DNA from: Thermoproteota archaeon
GTDB taxonomy: Archaea > Korarchaeota > Korarchaeia > Korarchaeales > Korarchaeaceae
Assembly (NCBI GenBank): GCA_027491735.1
Contig: JAOZGP010000004.1
Span: forward strand, 19,523-83,522
DNA length: 64,000 bases
Reading direction: 5' to 3'
The translations under genes and the position numbers were made by a program. Below are positions 49,581 through 58,174 of the stretch, piece by piece (within the stretch, counting starts at the first letter, position 1; every line of letters begins with the position of its first letter). The notes under the pieces were generated by a model. It saw only the letters and a program-made list of their open reading frames with translations, made no database searches and had not been told where the DNA came from.

Positions 49581-51302
49581 TCATGTTGAGGCTCCGCTGG
49601 AGGCTTTCTTGAACTCCGAATACCTCCTCAACCCGTCCACAGCAACTATTATGCCAAGTATGAACAGGACTAGACCGACAACGCCGAACACTCCATTGAG
49701 AGCGAGGGCTACTCCCTTGTAAGCAGGAGCGGCGAGAGGACCTTTTGCCAAGGGTTTTCCTAGGAAGATTGCCCTGAAGAACTTAGCTGATTCGAATATC
49801 AGAGCTGCCTCACATGTTATTATCATGAAGATTGCTGGCCAGAATGTGTATCCCGTCGGCTTCTTCTGCTTGGCCAAGTAGACAGTCACGAGCGTCAAGG
49901 CTAATCCGGCCAAGAGCTGATTGGATCCTCCAAAGAGGAGCCACAGATTTATCCAGGCGCCTGTGTAAGCCAATATATCTCCTATCACAAGCCCTATTAT
50001 GGCTCCTACGTACTTATTGCTTAGAAGAGGTCTTCCTCCTACCATATCGGCCCATACAAGCCAGAAGAACCTCACCGCTAGGAAACCTATGGTGAGGGCG
50101 TAGAGCTCGAGCCACATAGCAAAGAAGGCCTTGATCCAAGGGGCTGCAGCCGCTCCTCCGGTATAAGGAGCTACAAGCCTCACGGCCCCCTCCACAAGGC
50201 AGTTCCACTTAACTCCTCCAAGTGTTTTGATGTCTGCAGGAGAGAGAACCATGTAGGCTGCCAGAGAGGCAAGAGCGAGGAGGCCTTCCGTCAGCATGGA
50301 TCCACCACCGACTGGAAGAGCGTCTGTCTCCACATCAAGCTGCGGAGCTGATCCCGAGGTGCTGACCAAGCTGTGCCATCCGGAGATTGCTCCACATGCT
50401 ATCGAGACGGTTAGAATGGGCCATATCGGTCCAGGAGTCCAGAAGTCATTTTTAATGCCAAGCCACCCTCCCCATCCTATCTGCTGTATTGGAACATTCG
50501 TGGCTGGGGACACGAGGGCCCCGACTATGAGCAGCAATATTCCGAATATGGCAGGGTAGGATGCCACGTAGACGATCGGTTGCGTGACGTACATCAGGGA
50601 GATCGTGGCCCCTATGAACATCAGCACCGACGTGAAGACTATCCATACCATGAGGTTCGAGTTGGATATCGGGAATAGCTTTCCAAGAACTATACCAGCT
50701 ATCACTATTATGAGTCCGATTACTGTTGAGGTTACCACGCCAGTCCTGGCCTTGTAGAGGAGGGCACCGCTCACTATTCCGCCTATGTAGAGGAATATCA
50801 TTGCCAGAACGGACTCGGGGTATATTTTGAAGAAGAGGCTACATAACACAGCAAAGACGGCTATTATAAGTATTAGGTAGAAGAACAGGAAGCCTAGAAG
50901 GGATTTCCTTGCTCTAGGACTTATCAGCTCATAAGTCAGTGGCCCCATGGACTTCCCTTCATTCCTCACGGAGAGGAACAGGGAGGAGTAATCATGGATC
51001 CACCCTATGAAGAAGTTTCCGACCAAGATCCATATGAGGGCTGGAATCCATCCGTAAAACAGGGCTATGAATGGGCCGAGGATGGGACCAAGGCCTGCTA
51101 TCCCCTTGAACTGGAATCCATAGAGGACGTACTTGCTCACAGGGAAGAAGGTTATCCCGTCCATGTACATGTGAGCCGGAGTTGCCCTCTTTGGATCGGG
51201 TTCCCAGACGTTCCTATCATACCATTTGGCGTAGAGGTAGTATGCTATGAGGTAGACCACTATCCCGAGCGCCACAAACCAGATGGGATACATCCTCGAC
51301 AT
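49581..51302 (-). CDS. cstA: carbon starvation protein A family transporter
   Basis: TPAH..DG..P, IAGLGPILGP, GWIPALIW, HDY, IACGAISGWHSL and LFGGSNQLLA motifs. Confidence 0.95.
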   Translation of the reverse strand: MSRMYPIWFVALGIVVYLIAYYLYAKWYDRNVWEPDPKRATPAHMYMDGITFFPVSKYVLYGFQFKGIAGLGPILGPFIALFYGWIPALIWILVGNFFIGWIHDYSSLFLSVRNEGKSMGPLTYELISPRARKSLLGFLFFYLILIIAVFAVLCSLFFKIYPESVLAMIFLYIGGIVSGALLYKARTGVVTSTVIGLIIVIAGIVLGKLFPISNSNLMVWIVFTSVLMFIGATISLMYVTQPIVYVASYPAIFGILLLIVGALVSPATNVPIQQIGWGGWLGIKNDFWTPGPIWPILTVSIACGAISGWHSLVSTSGSAPQLDVETDALPVGGGSMLTEGLLALASLAAYMVLSPADIKTLGGVKWNCLVEGAVRLVAPYTGGAAAAPWIKAFFAMWLELYALTIGFLAVRFFWLVWADMVGGRPLLSNKYVGAIIGLVIGDILAYTGAWINLWLLFGGSNQLLAGLALTLVTVYLAKQKKPTGYTFWPAIFMIITCEAALIFESAKFFRAIFLGKPLAKGPLAAPAYKGVALALNGVFGVVGLVLFILGIIVAVDGLRRYSEFKKASSGAST

Positions 51303-51378
51303 CCTCCTCTTTTCGAGTCGTTGGGTAACGCGACATGAACAGTTATAAACTTTTTTAAAGAGTTGACAGGAAATTGGC

Positions 51379-51411
51379 GATAAGACGGATAAAAGTCGAT
51401 AATTTCAATAA
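51379..51411. promoter_or_regulatory. phased GATAA direct repeats in the divergent cstA promoter
   Basis: GATAA at 51379, 51388 and 51398, and AATAA at 51407 (9/10/9-bp period). Confidence 0.5.
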
Positions 51412-51413
51412 AG

Positions 51414-52019
51414 GTGCTTATGATGGAAGCGGGTTTCGTCGTGGTTCTAGCCATCACCACCCTGATGGTGTTGTGGTTCCTGGCCGGGAGGAGGATGAAC
51501 TTCAAAAGGCAGAGTCATCTCTGGAGGGAGGTTGCTCCGAAAATAAAGAGATATTCGAGGAAGGTGAACTTCAGGGGATTGGGATCCGGAGGTTTTCAGG
51601 TGAGCTTTCGAGGAGGAGGTCCCCTTTCAAGGGTGGAGCTGTTTTTCGTCCTCTTGGATAGGGAGAATCTTCCCCACCTCCTGTTTCAAAAGGCTGTGGG
51701 GAGAGGAGATGAGGTCTATCTAAGGGCCTCCTTCACAAGAAGCCCTGACTTCAGGCTGAGGATATCCGAGAGAGAGGAGAGCATGCCAAAAGTGAACTGG
51801 ATAGATCTTGGAGAGGAGCTCAAGGTGTTCTCTGAGGATCCCTCTAGGGCCGCCAAGATCCTCCTCAATGACAGGTTCAGAGATCTATTCAGTAAGATCA
51901 AGATAAGGGGTTTGTCGATAGCTCCAGAGGAGCCACATCTCATCATGAGATGTGATGCTGATCCGGAGAGCCTGGAGAACATCCTTAGAATGGCGGAGTT
52001 CCTGGCATCACATGTCTAA
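51414..52019 (+). CDS. single-TM membrane-anchored protein, possibly CCDC47/DUF1682-like
   Basis: N-terminal TM followed by GRRMN..W and VELFFVLLDRENL..D.V pattern. Confidence 0.6.
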   Translation: MLMMEAGFVVVLAITTLMVLWFLAGRRMNFKRQSHLWREVAPKIKRYSRKVNFRGLGSGGFQVSFRGGGPLSRVELFFVLLDRENLPHLLFQKAVGRGDEVYLRASFTRSPDFRLRISEREESMPKVNWIDLGEELKVFSEDPSRAAKILLNDRFRDLFSKIKIRGLSIAPEEPHLIMRCDADPESLENILRMAEFLASHV

Positions 52020-52585
52020 TGACATGAGAGCTCCTGAAGGAGATCCTTCAGGAACAGCACTTCATCTTTGTTCCTGCCTAATATTTTTATCTCAAGTTTC
52101 CTGCCTGTGACGTCACAGAAGAAACATAGAATGACTTCCCAGAGAAGGCCCCTCTTGAAGAGACCCTCCCTAACTCTCCTCAAGACGTAACCGCAGTCAT
52201 GCCCATTAACCCTCATCACTCCGTGATCCTCCGATTTCCTTGTCATCTTCTCCACCCACCTCCAAGGATCAAAACCTCTCCTAATCACGGGCTCTGATGC
52301 GCTGACCTTTAGCAGAACCTCTCCTCCATCATCTGAGATCACTCCAACGGTTATATGACCATTAGTGGCCCAGGTTATTCCTCCTGACTCCTTGGACGTC
52401 TCTACCTCAACCATTCTAAGAGGAAAAACTCTCCAACCCTCCGGAACGCTTATCGACACAAACCTAACAGTTCCTAGGATTATGTTCTTGGCGTCTAGGT
52501 CAACGTGTGCTCTCACGGGCATGCAGAAGATGGCTGAAGCTAAAAACATTCCACGAGGATTATGGCTTTGATTTTTTGTACCCAT
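52016..52585 (-). CDS. hypothetical protein ending in CH (PsbP/Mog1-like pattern)
   Basis: ISVPEGW, VNGH, FFCDVTGR and C-terminal LSCH. Confidence 0.65.
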   Translation of the reverse strand: MGTKNQSHNPRGMFLASAIFCMPVRAHVDLDAKNIILGTVRFVSISVPEGWRVFPLRMVEVETSKESGGITWATNGHITVGVISDDGGEVLLKVSASEPVIRRGFDPWRWVEKMTRKSEDHGVMRVNGHDCGYVLRRVREGLFKRGLLWEVILCFFCDVTGRKLEIKILGRNKDEVLFLKDLLQELSCH

Positions 52586-52627
52586 ATTATATTATATAAT
52601 ATATCTAAGTTTGATCATGACATGTGA

Positions 52628-53272
52628 TCAAAGACCTCTGCTGAAGAAATCCCTGACATAGTTCTCCAGATCCCTCGTGCTGTGTCCTGGGCATATCCTC
52701 CCAGCAAACTTCTTGATGATGTACACTAGGTCCTCCACGAGTTCCTCCTTTTCCCATTGAGACTTCTTACCCAAGACCGTCTCTACCTTAACACCGTATC
52801 CCTTGATGAGCTTGTTCAAGTAATTAAAGCAGAAGCGGGAGATCTCCTCGGTATCAAACAAGACCACGACATCAACGCCTCCATTGACGATCATGTCCAG
52901 AAGCTTCATGAGACCTTTTCTCTCCTCTCCCTCGAATGAGGACATTTCCTTGATCACCTTGACCACTCTGTAGTTCTTCCTATGACAGTATCTCCTCAGG
53001 ATCTCTACTCTTCTCTCAAGCTCATCCCTCAATCCAAGAAATCTGGACCTCACGTATATGACCGCTCTCCTCCCTTCCTCCCTCGCCTCCAGAATCCTCT
53101 TAACCTCCTCATTAGAGATTCTGTAGTGTCCTCCTCTGGTCCTCATGGCATTCACATAGCCAGATCTTATCCAGCATCTGATTGTCGATGGATGAAGATT
53201 TAACATCTCAGCGAGCTCGCTCACCTTTAGATATTTCTTATCGATTTTATCGCTTTTGCTCATAAATCTCAC
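52628..53272 (-). CDS. IS607 TnpA-like protein (MerR-type HTH plus serine recombinase fold) with altered catalytic motif
   Basis: KVSELAEML..TIRCW..RTRGGHYR HTH; AVIYVRSRF in place of YARVSS; RKGLMKLL, RFCFNYL and EELVEDL. Confidence 0.85.
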   Translation of the reverse strand: MRFMSKSDKIDKKYLKVSELAEMLNLHPSTIRCWIRSGYVNAMRTRGGHYRISNEEVKRILEAREEGRRAVIYVRSRFLGLRDELERRVEILRRYCHRKNYRVVKVIKEMSSFEGEERKGLMKLLDMIVNGGVDVVVLFDTEEISRFCFNYLNKLIKGYGVKVETVLGKKSQWEKEELVEDLVYIIKKFAGRICPGHSTRDLENYVRDFFSRGL

Positions 53273-53329
53273 ATCTCTAGAGAAGAATCCTTATTAATTT
53301 ATATATTGTGATGTATCCGAGGTGATTCT

Positions 53330-53638
53330 GTGATATTCAGGAGGAAGAAGAAGGAAGAGAATAAGGCCGGGAAAAAAGAAGGAGCGACTAGTGAGGCTAA
53401 GGAGGCAGTTAAGGGTCTTATCTATGGAATGTCAGCCCACGCGGTGACAAGACAGATGCTGAAGACCAGGATGTACCTTGAGCACCTCTTCATGCTCATA
53501 ACCCTGGGCGACATGCTTGGGATACCGATACTCCCCCCCTACTACTCGCTAAAGCTCCTTCCGTACGCTGTTCCAAACATAAAGACCTGGAAGAGGAGCC
53601 TTTTCAAGGAGAGGGACATAACTGACATGTTCTACTGA
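53330..53638 (+). CDS. small ArsA/CstA-associated protein (cory-CC-star-like), paralog 1
   Basis: FMLITLGDMLGIPILPPYYSLKLLPY..W motif. Confidence 0.75.
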   Translation: MIFRRKKKEENKAGKKEGATSEAKEAVKGLIYGMSAHAVTRQMLKTRMYLEHLFMLITLGDMLGIPILPPYYSLKLLPYAVPNIKTWKRSLFKERDITDMFY

Positions 53639-53647
53639 GGTGCCGAT

Positions 53648-54649
53648 ATGAAGTCCCTTAAGGAGTTCCTGGACGAGAGGCCTGACATGAAGGTGATAAT
53701 CAACGCTGGGAAGGGAGGGCTTGGGAAGACCACATCGAGTGCAGCAATGTCCTACTGGTTTGCCAAACATGGGAAGAGACCTCTCTGCTTCAGCACAGAT
53801 CCGCAAGCATCGCTAAGTGATATATTTGAGAGTGATCTGTTCGGAAAGGGAATTCAAGAGATAGAGAAGAACTTATTTGTCGTCGAGATAGACGCAGATA
53901 GGAGAATTCAAGAGTTCCAGGAGGAGATCAGGAATAAGATAAAGGAAATGTATGGACTTGACGAAATACCTGAAGAGATAGACGAATACATAACCACCTC
54001 TGCCTATGAGCCAGCGATGCATGAATCAGCGACCTACGACGCTATGGCTGAGCTTTTGGCTGAGGGAAAGTACAATCCGTACATCTTCGACATGCCACCC
54101 TTCGGACATGGTGTGAGGATGATAAGCATGGCCAAGATTCTGGACGCCTGGATAGATAAGATGGAAGAGACCAGGAGAAAAGCCGCTCAATATGCTGAGG
54201 CTGCGGCCTCACTGAGAGGAGCTGCAGCGAAGACGGAAGAGGAGGTCCTGAAGGAGCTCAGGTCCATAAGGAGGAGGTTGGACTTCTTCAGTGAGATCCT
54301 ATCAAATCCTGAATACTCTGCCTTCTTCATGGTGATAATACCGGAGAAGATGGCGATATTGGACACCGAGAGGGCTTTAGGAATGTTTAAAAGGCTAGGA
54401 ATAGAGATGGCTGGCGTGATAGTCAATCAGGTGTATCCAAGGGAGCTCCTGAAGAGGCCTGATCTAAGTGACTTCCTGAGGAAGAGGATAGAGATGCAGC
54501 AGAAGTACCTCAAGGAGATAAAGGAGAAATTTGGTGAGTATGTGAGGGCTATAGTTCCGATGTTCGATAGGGAGCCGAAGGGGATGGAGATGCTGGCTAA
54601 GGTAGCTCATCACCTGTTCGAGGAGCCAGGTTTGGAGGTGTTAGAATGA
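53648..54649 (+). CDS. ArsA/Get3(TRC40)-family ATPase 1
   Basis: GKGGLGKTT, STDPQASL, FDMPPFGH, PE and VNQV motifs. Confidence 0.92.
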   Translation: MKSLKEFLDERPDMKVIINAGKGGLGKTTSSAAMSYWFAKHGKRPLCFSTDPQASLSDIFESDLFGKGIQEIEKNLFVVEIDADRRIQEFQEEIRNKIKEMYGLDEIPEEIDEYITTSAYEPAMHESATYDAMAELLAEGKYNPYIFDMPPFGHGVRMISMAKILDAWIDKMEETRRKAAQYAEAAASLRGAAAKTEEEVLKELRSIRRRLDFFSEILSNPEYSAFFMVIIPEKMAILDTERALGMFKRLGIEMAGVIVNQVYPRELLKRPDLSDFLRKRIEMQQKYLKEIKEKFGEYVRAIVPMFDREPKGMEMLAKVAHHLFEEPGLEVLE

Positions 54650-55695
54650 GCGAGGAGAGCATGATTCTCGTGGAGAAGCCCGTTGGATTTAGGGATTATG
54701 TGACGACCCACGAGTCCTTGAAGTTCTTCTTCACCGGCGGAAAAGGAGGGGTCGGAAAGACCGTGGCCGCTGCAGGAATAGCAGCCTACTTTGCCAAGGA
54801 GGGAAAGAAGGTTCTGTTGGCCTCCCTTAACCCAGTGCACTCCCTCTCCAGCTTGTTTAGTCAGGATCTCTCTGGAGGAGAGATAAAACTGGTGGAGGGG
54901 ATAGAAAATCTGGACGCAATTGAGGTCGACATAAGCGACAAGGTGGCGAGTTACAAGAGACAGCTAGCTGATAGGCTCTCCTGGTTCCTGAAGTGGGCAG
55001 ACATACCACTGAAAGCATCTGAATTTATAGATATAGCTGCTACAAACCCCGCTTTTGAGGAAAGCGCTATGTTCGATGCCACTGTGGACATATTACTCCA
55101 GCAAGGAGAGAACTATGACAAAATAGTTTTTGACTGCGCTGCTGTGGCAAATGCGGTTAGACTTCTTGGGCTCAACAAGATCTACGGGCTCTGGCTTCAG
55201 AGGATGATAAAAAGCAGAGAAGAGGCTCTTTCGCTAAGGGTAAAGCTTTCCTTCAGGAAAGATAAGGCCATGGAGGAGATAAAGAAGGATCCTTTGATGA
55301 AGGACCTGCTTGGGCTCAAGGAGAGGACCGATAGGGCAAGCGAGGTGCTCGGAGATCCTAGCAGGACGGCCTTCTTCTTCGTGACCCTGCCACTAGCTCT
55401 TCCAATATCAGTCGTTGAGAGGTTCATAAACATGGTCAAGGGCTTCAACATAGCGATAGGAGGGGTTGTTGTCAATGGGGTCATAAGAAGGGAGCTCGCT
55501 GAGAGGGGTACTGAATATCTGAGGAACAAGTACGAGGAGCAGAAGAGATACCTTGAGATGATAGAGGATAAGATGGGCCCACTTGTCAGAGCCGTTATTC
55601 CTCTGTATGAGACCGAGATAGTTGGAACTGAGATGATCCTCAGAATAGCGGATGATCTGTCGACATGGACCCCCGAGAAAGGACTGTTCCTTTGA
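54646..55695 (+). CDS. ArsA/Get3-family ATPase 2 with degenerate switch motifs
   Basis: GKGGVGKT is retained; SLNPVHSL replaces STDPAHSL and FDCAAVAN replaces FDTAPTGH. Confidence 0.9.
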   Translation: MSEESMILVEKPVGFRDYVTTHESLKFFFTGGKGGVGKTVAAAGIAAYFAKEGKKVLLASLNPVHSLSSLFSQDLSGGEIKLVEGIENLDAIEVDISDKVASYKRQLADRLSWFLKWADIPLKASEFIDIAATNPAFEESAMFDATVDILLQQGENYDKIVFDCAAVANAVRLLGLNKIYGLWLQRMIKSREEALSLRVKLSFRKDKAMEEIKKDPLMKDLLGLKERTDRASEVLGDPSRTAFFFVTLPLALPISVVERFINMVKGFNIAIGGVVVNGVIRRELAERGTEYLRNKYEEQKRYLEMIEDKMGPLVRAVIPLYETEIVGTEMILRIADDLSTWTPEKGLFL

Positions 55696-55705
55696 GGAGA
55701 TTGCT

Positions 55706-55957
55706 TTGGGGTTAAAGGAGCATCTAAAGGATTTCTTTTTTGGTTTTGCTGTCTTACCTCATCTAAGAACTGTTGTAAAGATGCGCTTTGAGGAGGACAT
55801 GTTCATGATGACCTTGACCATAGGGGACATGATCGGTCTGCCCATAATGCCCCCCGTTTACAAGCTCTCCCTGCTCCCCTACTGGTTGCCTCTTATAAGG
55901 AGATGGAAGAAAGAGCTGCTTGGTGAGAAGGGCGCTCTTGAGAAGATAGAGGAATAG
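55706..55957 (+). CDS. small ArsA/CstA-associated protein, paralog 2
   Basis: TTG start after GAGGAG; MMTLTIGDMIGLPIMPPVYKLSLLPY..W aligns with paralog 1. Confidence 0.75.
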   Translation: MGLKEHLKDFFFGFAVLPHLRTVVKMRFEEDMFMMTLTIGDMIGLPIMPPVYKLSLLPYWLPLIRRWKKELLGEKGALEKIEE

Positions 55958-56276
55958 CTCTCACAGGTGAACCGTGACCTGCTAAGGCAAGTAGGAAAGA
56001 GGTTTGAGTTCAAAATGTTTTAACCCAAGGGCTGGCAGTTCGCGTGCTCTCTGCCAGCTTATGCCGAGATCACAAGATATTTTGAGAGCTACACAAAGCC
56101 GCGTGCATGAGCAATAGCGTCGGAGCTGCTGAAAACTGCTGAGGACATAACGATGACCAGGCCTGGAGCAGTCTAGATTTCGCAACAGAATAACTGCAAG
56201 CCCTCAGAAGCAGCTGACGACAGGTTCCTCTCTACCCGACGAAGGGTTCTTTGAAGGAGGACAATCGATCCTCACC

Positions 56277-57185
56277 ATGATCGGGTCGAGTTTAAAGCAG
56301 AAATCATTTCACATTGGAGGAAAGATTTATAGAGTTTGCAGCTGGTGGTGTAGCTCTGAGTTGATCGGTGAGATAGCTTCCGTGCTTACAGGACTGATCT
56401 GGGGAGCGACTCCAGTGCTTTATGAAGATTCAACTGAGAGGATCGGTCCTGTGCTGGCGAACCTGATGAAAAGCTTTGGTGCCCTTACTGTAAACCTCAT
56501 CATGATCATCCCCTTCGGAGTGAAGATTCCCTGTGGATTGCCCCTGGCTCTCCTGATACTGGAGTCCTTCATAGCTGGAGGAGTGGGTGATTTCCTGTTC
56601 TTCCTTTCGATAAAGGAGCTCAAAGCCTTCAGAGCCGTGCCGATAGTGTATGTGTATCTCATGCTGGCCAACATCTGGAACTTTCTTCTCAACGGAAGCC
56701 TTCCTCCTATCACCGCTGCGATTGGCATGCTGCTGGCCGTGACTGGGATATGGATCATGCTCTGGAGAGATGGATCCCTCAGCCTCAAAGGAATTATCTA
56801 TGCCCTGTCCTCAATGGTGCTCTTCTCCATAGCCCCTGTGATAGCTCAGATAGCTCTCAGGAGCATACAAACTGTTCAGGCTGCTTTTATCAACTCACTC
56901 TTCTTATCCATTATGTTCTCGCTGTTCGTTCCGTTCTCCAAGCGCAGATTCTCTGGAAGAGGTGTATTGAGCGGCTTTGTGGGAGGGGCACTGGGCGTCG
57001 GCCTGGGAGTATTTCTTTACTTTTCAGCTATACAGAACATTGGAATAATGTTCCCCGTGCTCTGCACTGCCCTGAGCCCCCTAACGGTCCAGGTTTTCTC
57101 ATGGATTTCAGGGAGAGATCCAGATTTAAGAAGCACATGTGGCGCTATTGTGATCGTCTTCGGCTTGATGATCTCCCTCCTATGA
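56277..57185 (+). CDS. DMT/EamA-family transporter
   Basis: About 10 TM in two EamA halves (LIWG..GP, LYFSAIQNIG..SPL); true start is probably TTG near 56361. Confidence 0.85.
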   Translation: MIGSSLKQKSFHIGGKIYRVCSWWCSSELIGEIASVLTGLIWGATPVLYEDSTERIGPVLANLMKSFGALTVNLIMIIPFGVKIPCGLPLALLILESFIAGGVGDFLFFLSIKELKAFRAVPIVYVYLMLANIWNFLLNGSLPPITAAIGMLLAVTGIWIMLWRDGSLSLKGIIYALSSMVLFSIAPVIAQIALRSIQTVQAAFINSLFLSIMFSLFVPFSKRRFSGRGVLSGFVGGALGVGLGVFLYFSAIQNIGIMFPVLCTALSPLTVQVFSWISGRDPDLRSTCGAIVIVFGLMISLL

Positions 57186-57246
57186 TCCCAATCAGACTCT
57201 TTTGAGAACTAACCATCCCAACCTCAAGATCAAAGTGGAGTGTTGG

Positions 57247-57365
57247 GTGACCTTCCCCTCTAAAGACGGGGGCTTCCACCAGAAGCCTTACGGAGGTTGG
57301 GGAGTGTGCATCACAAAGCTGCACACTCCTTCTGGCTGGGTCACTACAGCCCCTGACCGCAGCGT
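57247..57365 (-). ncRNA. putative TnpB omega-RNA (reRNA) scaffold
   Basis: Perfect 10-bp stem 57301-57310/57320-57329 nested in CCAGAAG/CTTCTGG, followed by the right-end hairpin. Confidence 0.6.
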
Positions 57366-57700
57366 ATAGCCCATGCTCGTTTTAGTATGTTTTTAGCTCC
57401 GTTGATATCGGTGTTGACAGCATACCCACAGTCCTTCAGATGAAAACTCCTTGTGAAGGTCTCTCTGTGTCCATTGAGCCACATCTCGAACACTGCTTCG
57501 ACGTGTTGTGTCAGGAACCTCCATCGCCTTGTATTTGATGTATTCCTTCAGGCGGTAGAAGGCATCGAGTTAACCCTCCTGTTCACTTCCCTCCCTTGCC
57601 GTTGTCTCTGACGCCGTCTAAGTTTCCCATAGCGATTATTGCATTGTGCCTCCCAGCTTCATCAACGACTTCCTTTGCTATCCTGCTTTCTTAGCGACAT
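57247..57700 (-). mobile_element. tnpB: decayed IS200/IS605-family (TnpB) element: 3' tnpB pseudogene plus right end
   Basis: Frameshifted fragments RIAKEVVDEA..IAMGNL, FYRLKEYIKYKA, TSKQCSRCG and DCGYAVNTDINGAKNI; right end GAAGCCCCCGTCTTTAGAGGGGAAGGTCAC. Confidence 0.9.
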
Positions 57701-57799
57701 TTTTGTAAAGATCAAGCGTTCGGCTTGCAGCGGAATTGTGAGCGAGTGGTTTTGTATGAAGACCTATAATCGTGAAAGTTTATAATCGATTTCCTCAAG

Positions 57800-58174
57800 T
57801 CAACAGGTCACGTGAAAGATGGCTGCAACTTTCTTTCCCTCATCCTTTAACCTGTTGTAGATCCCTATGGCCTCCGGCGTCCTGGCCTTGATCACTGAAA
57901 TGCTGAGCTCTGAGGCCACCTCTTCGACCTCCACCGTTGGTAGGGCACCGTACTGTCCGGTGCCGATCACCAAAACCTCAGGCTTCCTCTCCCCGAAGTA
58001 CTCTTTTATCTCCCTCCCGATCAAAGGAGTATGCCCGTATCTCCTCTTGAGATCCATAGATAGCTCTTTTCTCCTCCTCTCGATGTTGTCGAAGAGAACC
58101 ACGTCGTGATCATACCTCACACCATCTATGACTATGTACCCGAAGCCCGTCTCCTCAGGTCTCATGCTGACCAC
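57800..58174 (-). CDS. Mth938-like domain protein
   Basis: [34 protein letters not shown] and FHVTC motifs. Confidence 0.9.
   Translation of the reverse strand: MVSMRPEETGFGYIVIDGVRYDHDVVLFDNIERRRKELSMDLKRRYGHTPLIGREIKEYFGERKPEVLVIGTGQYGALPTVEVEEVASELSISVIKARTPEAIGIYNRLKDEGKKVAAIFHVTC

Noticed and set aside
52628-53272. Active IS607 element
   Set aside because: The catalytic motif is altered, there is no tnpB partner, and little space remains for element ends. The tnpB relic at 57.2-57.7 kb is 4 kb away and separated by host genes.
53648-55695. Arsenic resistance (ars) operon
   Set aside because: No ArsB/Acr3, ArsC, ArsD or ArsR is present, and the context is CstA.
56031-56058. 8-bp GC-rich hairpin (gctggcag/ctgccagc) after the ArsA operon
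   Set aside because: A single hairpin with no recognisable RNA family; insufficient to call an ncRNA or terminator.
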